Assembly (NCBI RefSeq): GCF_964355755.1
Contig: NC_092677.1
Span: forward strand, 9,446,101-9,510,100
Direction of reading: 5' to 3'
Length of the DNA stretch: 64,000 nt
Source: Antedon mediterranea
Lineage: Eukaryota; Animalia; Echinodermata
Every line of letters starts with the position of its first letter. Positions within the stretch are counted from its first letter, which is position 1. The position numbers and the translations under genes are program-made. The notes beneath the pieces are model-generated. The model searched no databases, was not told the DNA's origin, and saw only the letters and a program-made list of their open reading frames with translations. Below are positions 27,574 through 40,322 of this stretch, in pieces.

Positions 27574-27975
27574 GAATATATTTATACAGGATAAAACAAT
27601 CAGATAACAGTGTATCTGTTTTACATTGTGGTCCTGTCTTAATCAAAATATACAAAAGAGAAACTTAATTAAATATAATACAGTTTTTATGAAAAGAAAT
27701 GAGATTTGTATCTAGCCTTAAAGGACGTAATTGTTGGTGCCGATTTAATATTAATTGGTAAACTGTTCCATATTTTTTGCGCCTGCAACTTTAAAGGACG
27801 AATTCATTTTACTAAGGGTGTATTTAGGTATGGTTACATTCAAATTTTCTACTCCACGTGTTAAGTGGGTGTGAATATCGCGAATCAATTCAATTTCATT
27901 TATTAATCTAATTGGTGCAAGGCCGTAAACACATTTATACATTAGACATGCTAGGGAGAAATCTCGTTTCTCTTC
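27545..27975 (-). mobile_element. 5'-truncated LINE (CR1/L2-group) 3' end
   Basis: Minus-strand MYKCVYGLAP...IHTHLTRG...SSFKVAGAK, the standard ORF2 C-terminal motif, followed by a 3' UTR and a (TTA)n tail. Confidence 0.75.
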
Positions 27976-29063
27976 AGTTTAACAACTCCTTTATTCCCTC
28001 TTCAATTCGTCTCTTTAACAAACAATTTGTAAGATAATTACTGTAATAATAATAATAATGATAAATAATAATAAATAATATTGTTTATAGTATACTGTGT
28101 GCTTCAAATTCTCTTTTATTAATCCTTTCGGAAATGCATTGATCGTTTTTAAATATATGTAAAAATGTATAACAATATAAAAGGTAAAAACGCCACAAAA
28201 CATGAGTAAAAATGTAACAATAAACTTTTTACAAATCGTCAATTACGTTTAAAATTGTTATTAAAAAGTTGAATGACTTGTGGAAGGAATGTGAGAAAGT
28301 ACCGTTTGTTGCGAGAGGTCGGTGTCCGAAAGCGACCACTGTGGACTATGTAGTGTTTCATATGGTCCATATACATGATCATACCTTTCTAATCACAAGG
28401 TTCAGTGTTCAATCCTGACATTGTGCTAGGATTGTAGGCATAACTCATGACTCTTTTACTCCACTCCCTAAGCCTAATAGTTTATCCATTCTATATTGGC
28501 GCGTTTCTCGCTGTTGGATGATGCGTATGAAAGATGCTCTTTAGTTCTCCTGATACGTTTGGTTGAGTTAATATTCAAAAACTTACTTTGTGGATATTTC
28601 GTTATTTATTTGTTTTTGTGTAGGTTTTTTTTTTTTTTTCATTTTAGATTTACCTATGTCCTTATGGTCATTACAAACTGGACATATTTTCTACGCGCCA
28701 AAGATTCTATATATGGAAAAGTCAATTTATAATTATAATTATTATTATTATTAAAATTTTTTTAGTTTTACATGCTTCTCCTTAAATCCTATACTCAATC
28801 TTGCTTTTTTATTTAGTAATTTATTTAGACCGATACTAGATTCAGGAGAAAAAGTTTCACTTTTGAACGGATTAACAGATTAACATACAACTTTACTACA
28901 CTGTCTATAAATAAAAAGAAGACAATGTTGCCATCAAAGAAGATCGATTCTGTCTTCGTTTGATGTACTTGGTCCGGGTTGTTGATGGAATAACCTGATG
29001 ATAAACAAACATTATTATCTTTGCAAAGCATTGCAATATTTCCGCACGGGACTGAATAAAAAT

Positions 29064-29150
29064 GGGAATATATCGGGAAGGTTTCACTTCCCAAAATACA
29101 TTTATGTTCCTTGAAAAGGCCAAGTAAAAGGGAACCTTCCAGGATTTCCC
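29064..29150. promoter_or_regulatory. Candidate immune enhancer: EICE + GAS + two kB-like sites
   Basis: TTTCACTTCC (reverse GGAAGTGAAA) 29082-29091; TTCCTTGAA 29107-29115; GGGAACCTTCC 29130-29140; AGGATTTCCC 29141-29150. Confidence 0.45.
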
Positions 29151-32061
29151 GTTTTATCCCGAATCAAAGGTTTTTGTCGAAATCCAGGGCTAGGAGAACT
29201 GAACACTGAAACCCAATTTGTTTAATATGCAGGATAAGGAATTTGCTGAATCAGAGAATTTTCACAATCTTATTACCGCAATATTACCGTCTTGCAGCTC
29301 TGTGTGAAAGGGGCTTTCATTTTAAGATAACGAGCAGTTATTGAGCAGTCTAACTGAATGCCTCTAGAGTTAGTTTCCACACTGTTTGTTCTAAAATCAT
29401 GAAGGATATTACCATTACCATACCATTTTTTTTTTTCAAATACACTAACTCTCTAAATTTGTTTCTGATAATTAAGAATAAAATTCAAAATCGAAGTTCA
29501 AAAAAGATCTCTTAACTCGACCCAACGTGAATAATCGGTCAAACAAATTTTATTTAATTCAATTCAAGAAACTTTATTGTCAAACACATAAATGGCTTGA
29601 AATGTTGAAAACATACGCTATTCTGACCAATTCAAATAATAAATGGTTGTAATTTATTATATGGAATGTAAGATTTAGAAAAAAATACAAAAAAAATATA
29701 ATACGTGAGGTTATTTTTAAAACTGACTTAATAATAAGCAAAATTATTGAGTCAAAACAAAATTAATATGTTTTTTTAGAAAGTGAACAATTATTAATTG
29801 AAGTAATTGAAGCAGAAAACACGGTGAAAAAAGATTCACTTCAGGTGGCAAAAGACCTAAGGTAGCAAAATATCTGGGTGTTTTACGACCAAATGGCAAG
29901 GGACCGGGTGGCACTGAAGACAACCCGGGTAGCAAAATGTCCAGTGGCAACGGCCTAGCCCTATTTTATGCACTATCGGGAGGTAATAATCCTAAAATAC
30001 CACTGTCATTCGTGTTCACTTGGTTTTTGTAAGCTACCGTTTAGATCCTCCTTGAAATTGAGATCCTGTAATATATTATATATAACTTACAAATTATCAC
30101 GAGATGGTCGTGGGCCTTTAATACAGTCAGGTGACCACTTCGCAGTCAGGTGACCACTTCGCAAATACGCCTTTCCGTATGTTGTTTACGAAATATGTCG
30201 ATATCTAGGCCTACAAAAAAAAAACCAACCGTGTTGCCGGTTGTATTTAATAAACGAACGCTCTTCTTACTTTTTTGTAGGCCTATATATATATAATTTT
30301 TTTTCACTTTTACGACAGTTGAAACGATACAACAAACACACACAGATTTCTACTTTGGGGAAGAGAGGTACGGCAACCATGCCTTTTAGAAATAGCGCCC
30401 GCAAAATCTGTCTAAAAATGTAGATAGTTTTCTGGCATCTGTTGAAAGTTACTAATTGCTGAATAATTGGTAAATAAGATGTGATTTTGCAGGCTTGAGC
30501 TTGAATTGAAGTAGACCAGTTTTGAGAAATGTCGCGGGTGATGACCAGCAAAAATATAAGTGAAAGCGGACTTTCGTATGACTACAGACAGGCTTTGGTT
30601 ATAGGACATAGAGTCTCAATTGTGTGTCTGTGGTTCGTATTTGTACAAATTAAGAAAATAAAGACAATTCCACTACCATATCACTTAATCTAATGAATAT
30701 TTATAAGCTTAATTGAATGGAGTATGACTATGTTTTAGTATGTGTATTTTATGAATACTCTATCGGTTTGGTCTAATTAATGTATTATTTATTTATTTAT
30801 GTCAACAATATTTCACGAGCGTGGTCTATTCAGCCGAAGCTGTACTCGAGTACATATCAGGGAGATGTTCACCCTGATTGTATTATTACGGTAATGTAAG
30901 TACTAGTAGCCCGACCGCAGTGTTTTTAGTCCACCTGTCCGATTGATACTGTTTGTTCATAGAAAACTAACCAAACTATTCATATAATGTTTAGTTCCTT
31001 CAAAGAAAAAAGATAAAAAACAACAATACGCGTCTACTTTGGCCTAGTGTGTTCCCACACAAGTAATTTGACTGATTGGTCAATTCAATTGCGTTGCGCC
31101 TACGTCATTGCGCTGCGTCCCACTGATGTGTAAATTCAACCAAGTACGTATATGTACAAAATCCATATATAGAATGTTATTGTTTGAATACCTTCCCACG
31201 CGGACACTTTATAACCCAATCGTAGGGCATGAGAAGAAAAGAATCTTTGTATTAAAATGCAATAAACTCTAACATAATGGACGTTTCCCGATCCACCCTC
31301 ATTTAGAGTAGGCTTGATACATCCGTAATACGAAATATATTTTTCTGTTTTTGTTTTTGTGTTCGCAATCAGTAAACAAGCTCCCTTCTCAATTTAGGGG
31401 CCAATTGATGATGCTTACGGATCGTGTAAATTTGGTTGTTTTTACAAAATATTTTGTTCGTGCTGTAAAGTTTGTTCTCAAACTTAGTCTCCGTCCAAAT
31501 GTTTGTATTTCACTTATATTGTAGGCCTACTTATGTACAACTTGTACCTTTATTTCAGTTCATTTATACTTTGTGTTTGAAAAATGACAAACAAAACATA
31601 TTTTTAAGTTTTAACTGACGTCTTTGACTATTTCAGCCATTTATTGATTTTTAAAAGACATTTTTTTTTTAACATTACTTTAGCATTTGAATGTACTGTA
31701 TCGAAATTATTCAGCCTTTGGCTGGCATCTATTTTATACACTTTGTTGTAATAAATACCTCAATATATTGAATAACAGTGGATGTATAATGAATACGTAA
31801 ATCAATGGATTGCAATTGGTTTGAACAGCCTATTGAGGAAGACCGTGTAAAAGTCTATTAGCGTTTAATCATAATTAATTAAAATAGCCTAAGCTGTTAT
31901 CCTTTATGCGTTAATGGTACTGTAGATTTTACTTGTGCATTTCAAATATTGTATGTGGTTTTCTGAATAGAAACTATTTATTTCTGTATTGTAATAGTTA
32001 AAATGTCAAGTTCACCGTTAGACACTGTTCAGTTATCCGCGGCTTACACACCATGATGGCC

Positions 32062-32147
32062 TGGAAATTCCGGCTATACAATTCTAAAACGCAGTCAAGT
32101 GCATTTCCCGTAAGCCTAGCCGCCGAGTAGATGTAACGGGATTTCCC
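32062..32147. promoter_or_regulatory. Candidate immune enhancer: kB - GAS - kB
   Basis: TGGAAATTCC 32062-32071; CATTTCCCGTAA (core 32105-32113); GGGATTTCCC 32138-32147. Confidence 0.5.
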
Positions 32148-33154
32148 TTGTTATCGATTTATCTATTTACAGTACATAGGTAAAAAACCGTAATCTTTTT
32201 ATGAATTACTGTAGTAGCGTATAAAATAACAACAAATGATGAAATTTGTACTATTTGATTGTTGGACAAATATAGTGGTAGGCTTATTCTTCAGAGACGG
32301 ATCACAGGTTTGTGTGGTAAGCTTCCTTTTAAATTTTCGTATGGTTGTTATCACCCATCAGCACCTTCGATGAGAATAAAGTATGATAGGAATACAGTAG
32401 AGTCCCTCGTTTGGGTCTCCCACTATTCAGAGGAAACCGCCGTATTAAGGGAACATTAATAGGACGTCTAATGTGTTTATTGTGTATGCTATTTATGTGT
32501 TTACTTGCACTGATTTTCGGGTGTAACCCTTCATATACTATTCCTGCTGTGGCGTAGATAGGTTGATTACTATATAAATATGGGATCTAATGATGGAGTA
32601 AGAGCAGTTTTCTGTTTGGGCTCATGCCTATTACTTGCTCCTGGCAAGATGAAATGCAAAACCTACTCTTAAGAACTTTTGACGAATAACTATTATTATT
32701 ATTAAGAATCGTTTACAACATTAGGATGTTATCTGGTAGAACGCGGAGAATTAAACATCTAAGATCTCATACCAGAAGCCCTTCGATCGTTTACGAAATA
32801 TTAGTATATAATTATATATATTATCATATGAGCATAGAAAGAGTGTTTTTCCAGTGTGTAATTGATGTTACGCTTCGAACACTACAGAATAGAATACGAA
32901 CTAATTAAACATACAATCATAAATATTTGATTTTATCTTGATTTTAGTATAAATTGTTCTTTGTTTCTAAATGTTTAATAACTTTCTTCGAAGTTAAGAT
33001 TAGATTAGTTAATGGGCGTCTTCCTTTAAATTCCAGGGATAACCAGACAGATACTTTACTTCCACTATAATAACAGTTCAGGTGTAGGCTACGGTATAAC
33101 GTAAGTAGGTCTAACCTCCAAGTCCATTCTGAGCCAAGGTTCTTAATATAAACA

Positions 33155-33261
33155 TGAGTCATGGGGTTCCCCGTCACTACACAAGCAGACTATCACAATA
33201 TGCATTCCTATTGGCTGAAGTAACCAGTGTCTAACTGCGATATGGGAAGTGAATAACCAAT
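33155..33261 (+). promoter_or_regulatory. Likely proximal promoter of the IRF gene (AP-1, kB, two CCAAT boxes, ETS/IRF-like)
   Basis: TGAGTCA 33155-33161 abutting GGGGTTCCCC 33163-33172; ATTGG 33210; GGGAAGTGAA 33244; CCAAT 33257. Followed by candidate non-coding exons. Confidence 0.45.
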
Positions 33262-33666
33262 CAAAAAGGTAAAAAGCAGTTTGCTTAGAACCATAATGGA
33301 AATGGTATACGAGATCTTCAAGTGTAACATAATATCCGGAATAGTTCATTTTTAGGTAGCTAAAGTAAATATTAATAATTTTATCTTTTATTTTAGTTAA
33401 TAATTATCACAATTTTAATTAAATAGGATGTTTATTTTTATTTTATAAATATGTTTTTTTGTTCTCTTGGTTATAACATTAGATAAGAATAATTATGAAA
33501 GTTGTACGTTGTGATCTACCCCCTTTAACAAAATGGTTGAATCGGTAATGGGTTTGGTAGTTTAGTGACTTTGTTCTAAGTTTAGGACTGTGTTTATAAG
33601 TTAGACGAAGGTAAGTAATTTGCATCATTTACTATCAATCTGGTCTATCATCAATATCTCTTTCAG

Positions 33667-33755
33667 AAGGTGTTGAGAAACCAATCATCATTGTATACGA
33701 TTTCGTAAACGGTGCATATTTCCTGCAAGTTTCTAAACCTCGTAACGGACATCAA
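33667..33755 (+). other. Candidate 5' UTR exon of the IRF gene
   Basis: Acceptor CTCTTTCAG| at 33666 and donor CAA|GTAAGC at 33756; upstream donor GAAG|GTAAGT at 33611; acceptor TCTAG| at 35406 lies just before the ATG. Confidence 0.35.
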
Positions 33756-34830
33756 GTAAGCTAATCATTTGTTTTTTGTTCATTAGGCCTATTTAATGTA
33801 TGTTGCATTTCTTGCAACTTTTTGCAATTACACTTTTATATATCTTTTGCATTGAACTTCGATATCGAATACAACCTTGTACATTGGAAGAAGATTTTCT
33901 CAATGTTTTTCCTTTAAATATTTTTTGGGATATTTGCTTATTCGATTATTCCCGCATAATTGTTCCATATTGGCTTCATTGAGCACAAGCATGACATACT
34001 TACATTAATACATATGTTTTCCTTTTACTTTATTGAGCTGTTTTATTAAAGCGCTATTATTCTTTAGTTTAAGTTCAGATTGAATTATTTGTGCAAGGTT
34101 TAAAATTTCATCATAAGATTTTTTTGTCCAATTCTTGTGAAATCATTGCGATTATCAACCAGTAACATGTTTATACCTTTACACATTGCAAGCCCGTATC
34201 ATAGAAAGATAATTGTATAATGTATTTTAAAATAAATATAGTAAGTATGGAATAATAATGCACTGCTGAAGGACTAGTGTTGCCCGAATGCTCTGCTAAT
34301 TTTACTGGCTTACTTTATCGTGTTGCTTATTTAATTGTGTATCTCCATTGAAATCCAGCCACTGATTTTTTTCCTCAGTAATTTGCCTTTGAATTTATAA
34401 ACTAATAAATATATTGATTGTAATGTATTTGACTTTAAGAAAGCAAATCTTATTAAAGAATTTGAACTTTAAAAACTTCCATCGAGCTAAACAAAAACTT
34501 ATGGTTTTAAAAGTTTTTTTGCATAACATGCCACAAGTTCATAATTAATCATGATAATATATAAGTTTGGATTTTAAGGAAATATAGGCCTTTGTCTACA
34601 CACTGCCATGCTTAAAAGTTTTGTATTAATAATTAAAATATTTAATTTGTTGTCTTTGATTTTGTTTATATTGTTATATTTGTATTTTTTCTTTGAAACT
34701 TTTGGCTTGCATATCGATGTGATCGATTATTGATGTGATCGATTATTGATTTACCTCGGCTGGTCTGTTAGATAATCATATCAAATGATTTTACTGATAA
34801 AATTGTTGCGATTTTCGTTTATTACTCATT

Positions 34831-34840
34831 GAAAGTGAAA
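34831..34840 (+). promoter_or_regulatory. ISRE/IRF-E (GAAANNGAAA)
   Basis: GAAAGTGAAA, about 570 bp upstream of the IRF ATG. Confidence 0.35.
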
Positions 34841-35409
34841 TAAATTTCAAAATAAACTTCTTGTTAGTAGAGGTACCAAAATTACCTTCCGTGTTTTGAT
34901 AAATCCAAGGTTTGCAATTGAGGAAATTCGAGGTAAACTTGACACTTTACCTATAAATTACATTTTAATCAGTTCATAAGTACGAATCTATTCAATCAAA
35001 CTGTAATTGAACTTTTTAGGTGCAAATATAGGGCAGCTCAGAACGAAACGTTTTTCTCTCATACTTCTATCAACACTCATTCTTTGTTTACTGTATTGAT
35101 TTTCGTAGCAATTTATCACTTTAAGACTAAAATATAGGTCAAAGTTCGTTTTGATCCTTTATTATTAAGCTAATGTACACTCGTTGTGAATGGTTACCTA
35201 CCAGTATAATTTATTTTATCTTTTCGATAGTTATTTCTAAAAATGATTTGTTCCTTTTTGTGATAAGCATCATCAATGCCTCTTTTTGATATAACAACAT
35301 TGATTGGTTTTTCTACTATAAAATAAATAGGACAATATACCAGTATCAGAGCACTTGCCCTTATTATAATTTGAATCTATAAACTTTGAATGGTTTTAAA
35401 ATCTAGATC

Positions 35410-35604
35410 ATGTCTAAGACACCTGAAGCATATGGAAACACGAACGGTCGCCAGCGCTTGAGGCCGTGGCTGGTGCATAAGATCAACAGCGGGACAATCA
35501 AAGGCCTAGAATGGATGGATGAAGAAAAGCTGATGTTTAAGATCCCATGGAAGCATGCAGGCAAACAAGATTACGATCCTGAAGAAGATTCCCGGATCTT
35601 TAAG
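35410..35604 (+). CDS. IRF: IRF coding exon 1 (DBD N-half)
   Basis: RQRLRPWL...GLEWMDEEKLMFKIPWKHAGKQDY..EEDSRIFK; donor AAG|GTAATT, phase 0. Confidence 0.95.
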
Positions 35605-38600
35605 GTAATTTGTCTCCTTAAATGTTATTCTGTATCTCTTTATATTGTACCGGTACACATCTTCCGGAATTCTTTTCTAACAAAGCAATGTAAACGTAAG
35701 TTTGTTTACGCCTAATTTGAAACATAGATGCACTTTTATTCAAAAAACGCTTTACAACATGTTTATTCTGTTTTGGGATACTGTTGTTAGGCCCATCATC
35801 GATGACCATAAGATAAGATAATAAGATTTATAAAGCGCACATATCCACAAAGTGCTCAAGGCGCTTGTGAAAACCATGAAAAATACTAACCTTGAAACTA
35901 TAAAAAAAATGTTGCTGTTTTATATATACTTTTGTTTACAAACGTATCAATTTTTAAGTTTAACTACAGGAGCCCGCGACAACAGACATATAGGCCTACC
36001 TCAGTCGCTATAGAAATTTGACCGTCCTTTTGTCAAATATCCTGTATGGGTATTTATACATTCGTTATATTCAACCACCTTTGTGGTCTCTTAATAGAGG
36101 TATCATTGAATAGGAGTCTCGTACTTCCGAAAAAAGGCATTTTATGTAATATGTTTATTTATGTATTTCATGAACAGTCAAACACGTAAATGTAATAATA
36201 AGTGATTTAATGTTGTCAAATATTGCATTATTTAAAGAGTCTGGTTTTTAAATGTAACAACTATACCAGTTAAAAATAAGATCATAAATCTAGCCCGTGA
36301 CATTTGATATTATTTATAACATTATCTGAAATCTTGTTGAAGTTTGAACATTATTTCATTTTAGTTTAATGTATGTATGTCAAAACCATTGACATATACG
36401 ATACATCAGGTTAGGTTGTTTATATCACGTTTGTTTCTTGTAAAAATGTTTTTACCTTCCAAATTATTATGTTAAAATTCCTATCCGGTTGCATCAAGCC
36501 TGTTATAATACATTTTAGGGTGAAAAGTCCAACGATTTTTAGTTAATTTCCGTAAAATCTGAATACGATTTAATTGTAACAATGTTCGGGTTGTTGTGTG
36601 GTGCTCCCGGTGGTAAGGTTACGCAGATTGTGTAGTCCCGGTGGTATTATTACGCGCGGAATTTTCATTAACACTTTATACGTACTGAACCCAAAGGACC
36701 CCGCGTAAAACAGTAGGTGTCAGTTATTATTCCTCTGTAATTAAATACCTTAAAATAATTTTTTCTGCTCAGTAAAGTTCACCAAGTTGGTGCGTGTTGG
36801 TGTCTATAAAAGAATAGCGTGACATTCCCGGTGAATGAGTAACATATAGATGTATCCCCTTACTAAACGAACCAGGGTGAATTTATACTTAAATTACCTG
36901 AACTTAGGAAAAAAGGGTTAAGTAGTCAAACCTAAGTACAATTCGCATTATTTACAGCGTTATGTCACTTTTATTGATAAATTAGTGACAAAACAATGGC
37001 ACTGTTTGTATTAGCTCAGGTATACTAATGAATTGCGTAGACCCGTACCTTCATGGATTTAATTGTGGGTGCACTACCGGGAATCGTATAGACACTGTAT
37101 TATATAATCGTCCTTGCGGAGTCTTACCTCATAGTAGTTTTTGAGAATCCGGGTTGTTAGCGCTAAACGTTGTCATGACCTTCATTAATTTGGTTAAAGT
37201 GGCCAAATTAAGTAATATTAGGAGGATGATTAGGCTTATATAATTGGATTAACTTGTATATAAGAATGACATAATATTAATATGAATAAAAACATAATGA
37301 TATTAATAATTAATCATTAATAATCGAAACTATAACTGAAGCAAACAGTCATTCATTGATATATTTAGGCCTAGTACAACATTACATAATCAAAACATCC
37401 TCTTATAAACTAATAATATATTTTATTACACATAGATTAAACAAACAAAAATTAACTCTATACCTATCACCACTATGTCTAATATTCATAAACACAGTAC
37501 TAAAATTAGAAATGTGTTTGATACACTACTAAGATAACACAGTACAGAACAAGTAAACGTCAATGGGATTTATCAGTGGTTACTAGAGGTACCCGTGGAA
37601 TGAAGGTTCTTTAAATAGACGTAATGCTAAAATAGGTTAGTTATATCACGTCTTTTAATTGTTTTCCAGGAATGGTCTCTACACACTGGCAAGTATAAAA
37701 TCACCATGGAACCTGAACCAGCTGTCTGGAAAACCAGACTACGAACAGCTTTGAACAAACTGCCCGACATCGAAGAGGTGCAAGATAAAACGCAGCTTGA
37801 CATACCAGAACCATACAGGGTTTACAGGCTCCTACCCAGACAGAAGAAACGTAAGTGCATATAAAATAACAAACCTAAATTGTACGCGCGCGTAGAGAAT
37901 TCCGATTTTCATCAGGTTTTGAACGCACGCGTCGAATGTTGAGTCTTTTATTTGCACCGACAATATCTTATGTTCGTATACGTGTTAGTTAAAACAAAAA
38001 ATGTGTTTGGCCAATCATCATTCGTTAATAAGCGCGCGTCGACGCGTCCACTTAATTAACAAATCAAAGAGTGATATTTAGGTATATGTAATTTTCATTC
38101 ATTTTAAAAACAATTTTCTTGAGGGTAAAGAGAATAACCACAACTGATCAGACATAACATGGTTTTATTTACGAGAAATGTAACCCGCTGAGGTCGAACA
38201 GTTACTGTAATAAGCTACCAACAAACATATTTCATGTTGTATTTTTCGCTTGGAGAATAATGCGATAAAAAAATAACTACAAATTCACATAAGGTTAATA
38301 AAATCACAGTAAAAAGAAAGATCTATATATATGATATTATAATTACCAATAGTGCCAATGTGCGGACCAACCATTTTGACAGATAATAAATTACAGTAAA
38401 AAGAAAGGCCTGACATTATAATCACCAATAATTAGGGGGTCACGATGCGCAACCAACCATATTTTTGACCTATTAAAATTAAGGTTGATCAATTTTAAAT
38501 TAGATAACAAGCGTGTGAAGGCAGAGAGAGAGAGCAAAAGGTGCCGTGGCATATTACCGATACAATTACTTATCAACAAAATCTATATACAATTTAAAAC

Positions 38601-40281
38601 AAAATTAAAAATTCGTTTAAGCTTCTAAGGTTCTAATTTATTTGTTGAACTCGAGTGGATGATGATGTTGAACTGATTTATTTTTTGAAAATATTTGGCA
38701 AAGTTTGGATGATTTTGTTATTTTGAGTTCAAACTGCAGGTAATACTAGGTAATAAAGCTAGTCTTTATTGTTTGAAATATCGACAAAGTGGTCATCGAG
38801 TTAGGCCAACAGGGAGATTACCTGGCTCTTGTTCGCCAACTACAGACTATATTGCCAACCACAATTATGAATAAACAAACCTAAAATAACTGAAATGATA
38901 TACACATGGGCTTCATAGTTGGTTTTTAAACCAACACAAAATATAACACCCAAGATTGCTTTTCAAGTCTCCGAAATCACTATTAATTTTATTAAAATGA
39001 GTAAATACATTACGTTTCTTGATCAGACATAGCATATTTATGACGCGTAGCCCCGTGCCGCACAAACGACAGTAAAATGGTGTAGTGATGTAGTGAACCG
39101 TACCACTAAAACATTTTTTTTTAAATTCTTTTTCCACGCGTTTATATTGCGTTTTAAACGTTTATATCGCGGATTACGCGTGTATATTGCGTTTTACGCA
39201 GTGTATGTCAATATGTAAATTAAGTTGTGGACGTGTTTAGATAAAGTGCTTTAACGCGCATAGCTATGCATACGCCAATACCATATAATGCCACAAGCCC
39301 AGCTTCTCCAATTTACACGCATTTTACTAAAGTACTATATTGTTTTGGTTTATTTACCAACTCACGTAGTATTTTTCCGTTGTCAAATGTAAACATCTAT
39401 AAATAAAACATTACCAAAAACTATCCACATAGGTCTGACTACCAGACGGGTGGAGCGCAGTGGCACAGCGTGTGCCCTAACCGACCACGCGTCTTGCATT
39501 CTTCGCCGAGACTTCTGCTGAGCTGTAGGCCTAGTGCCAAAACTACCAGTACGTTTGGCAGACAATATTGATCGGGTATCTTCTTACCAGTAACGCCGCC
39601 CACTTAGTCACACAAAGTGCTAAAATGACCATGTATCTATTTCTGTCCTCTTTTGTGAGAGTAAAAAAAAATGTATATATGATGTGTTGCTATGCTATGC
39701 GATTTAAGTCGAGATGCTTTACTTATATTTTTTTTTTTACTTTATATATTTGTAGCGTCTTCAATGCCGCTAACTCAGCGTAATAACGGATGTCGATCCC
39801 AGGTGTATCATCCGTACCAAAGACTTGATCAAACAAATGTACGTATATTTTATGCTTTTATTTTTATCGTTATTATCATCTCATCTTCATTATTGTATCA
39901 TTATCATCATTGATTGATTAATTATTTAATTACTTTATTTGATATAGGCCTATTTCCTTAATTCAAATACATTGAAAAGAATATCGGGATAACCCGGAAG
40001 CCGACAATTACAAGAATTATTTCCAATGTAGTCCAGAAAGATTATTATTATTTATTAATAATTATCATCATTCATAATAATTATTATTAATTTTCATAAT
40101 AATTATTATTAATTTCATTTTACAGCAACATCCAAGCCGACTCTCCCAAATGCGCCATAGCATGGGTTACAACAGGCCTAATAATGTACATACGGGTTAC
40201 CCAACTAGCTATATAATGCCCGGAATAGACCAGGTAAGACCGCTATCGAATCGTGATGACGTCATTATTATTATTATTACT

Positions 40282-40322
<41 letters not shown>

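Noticed and set aside
36805-36845. TATAAAA in the intron between the two DBD exons as an internal promoter for a truncated IRF
   Set aside because: A single common motif in AT-rich DNA with no convincing donor site.
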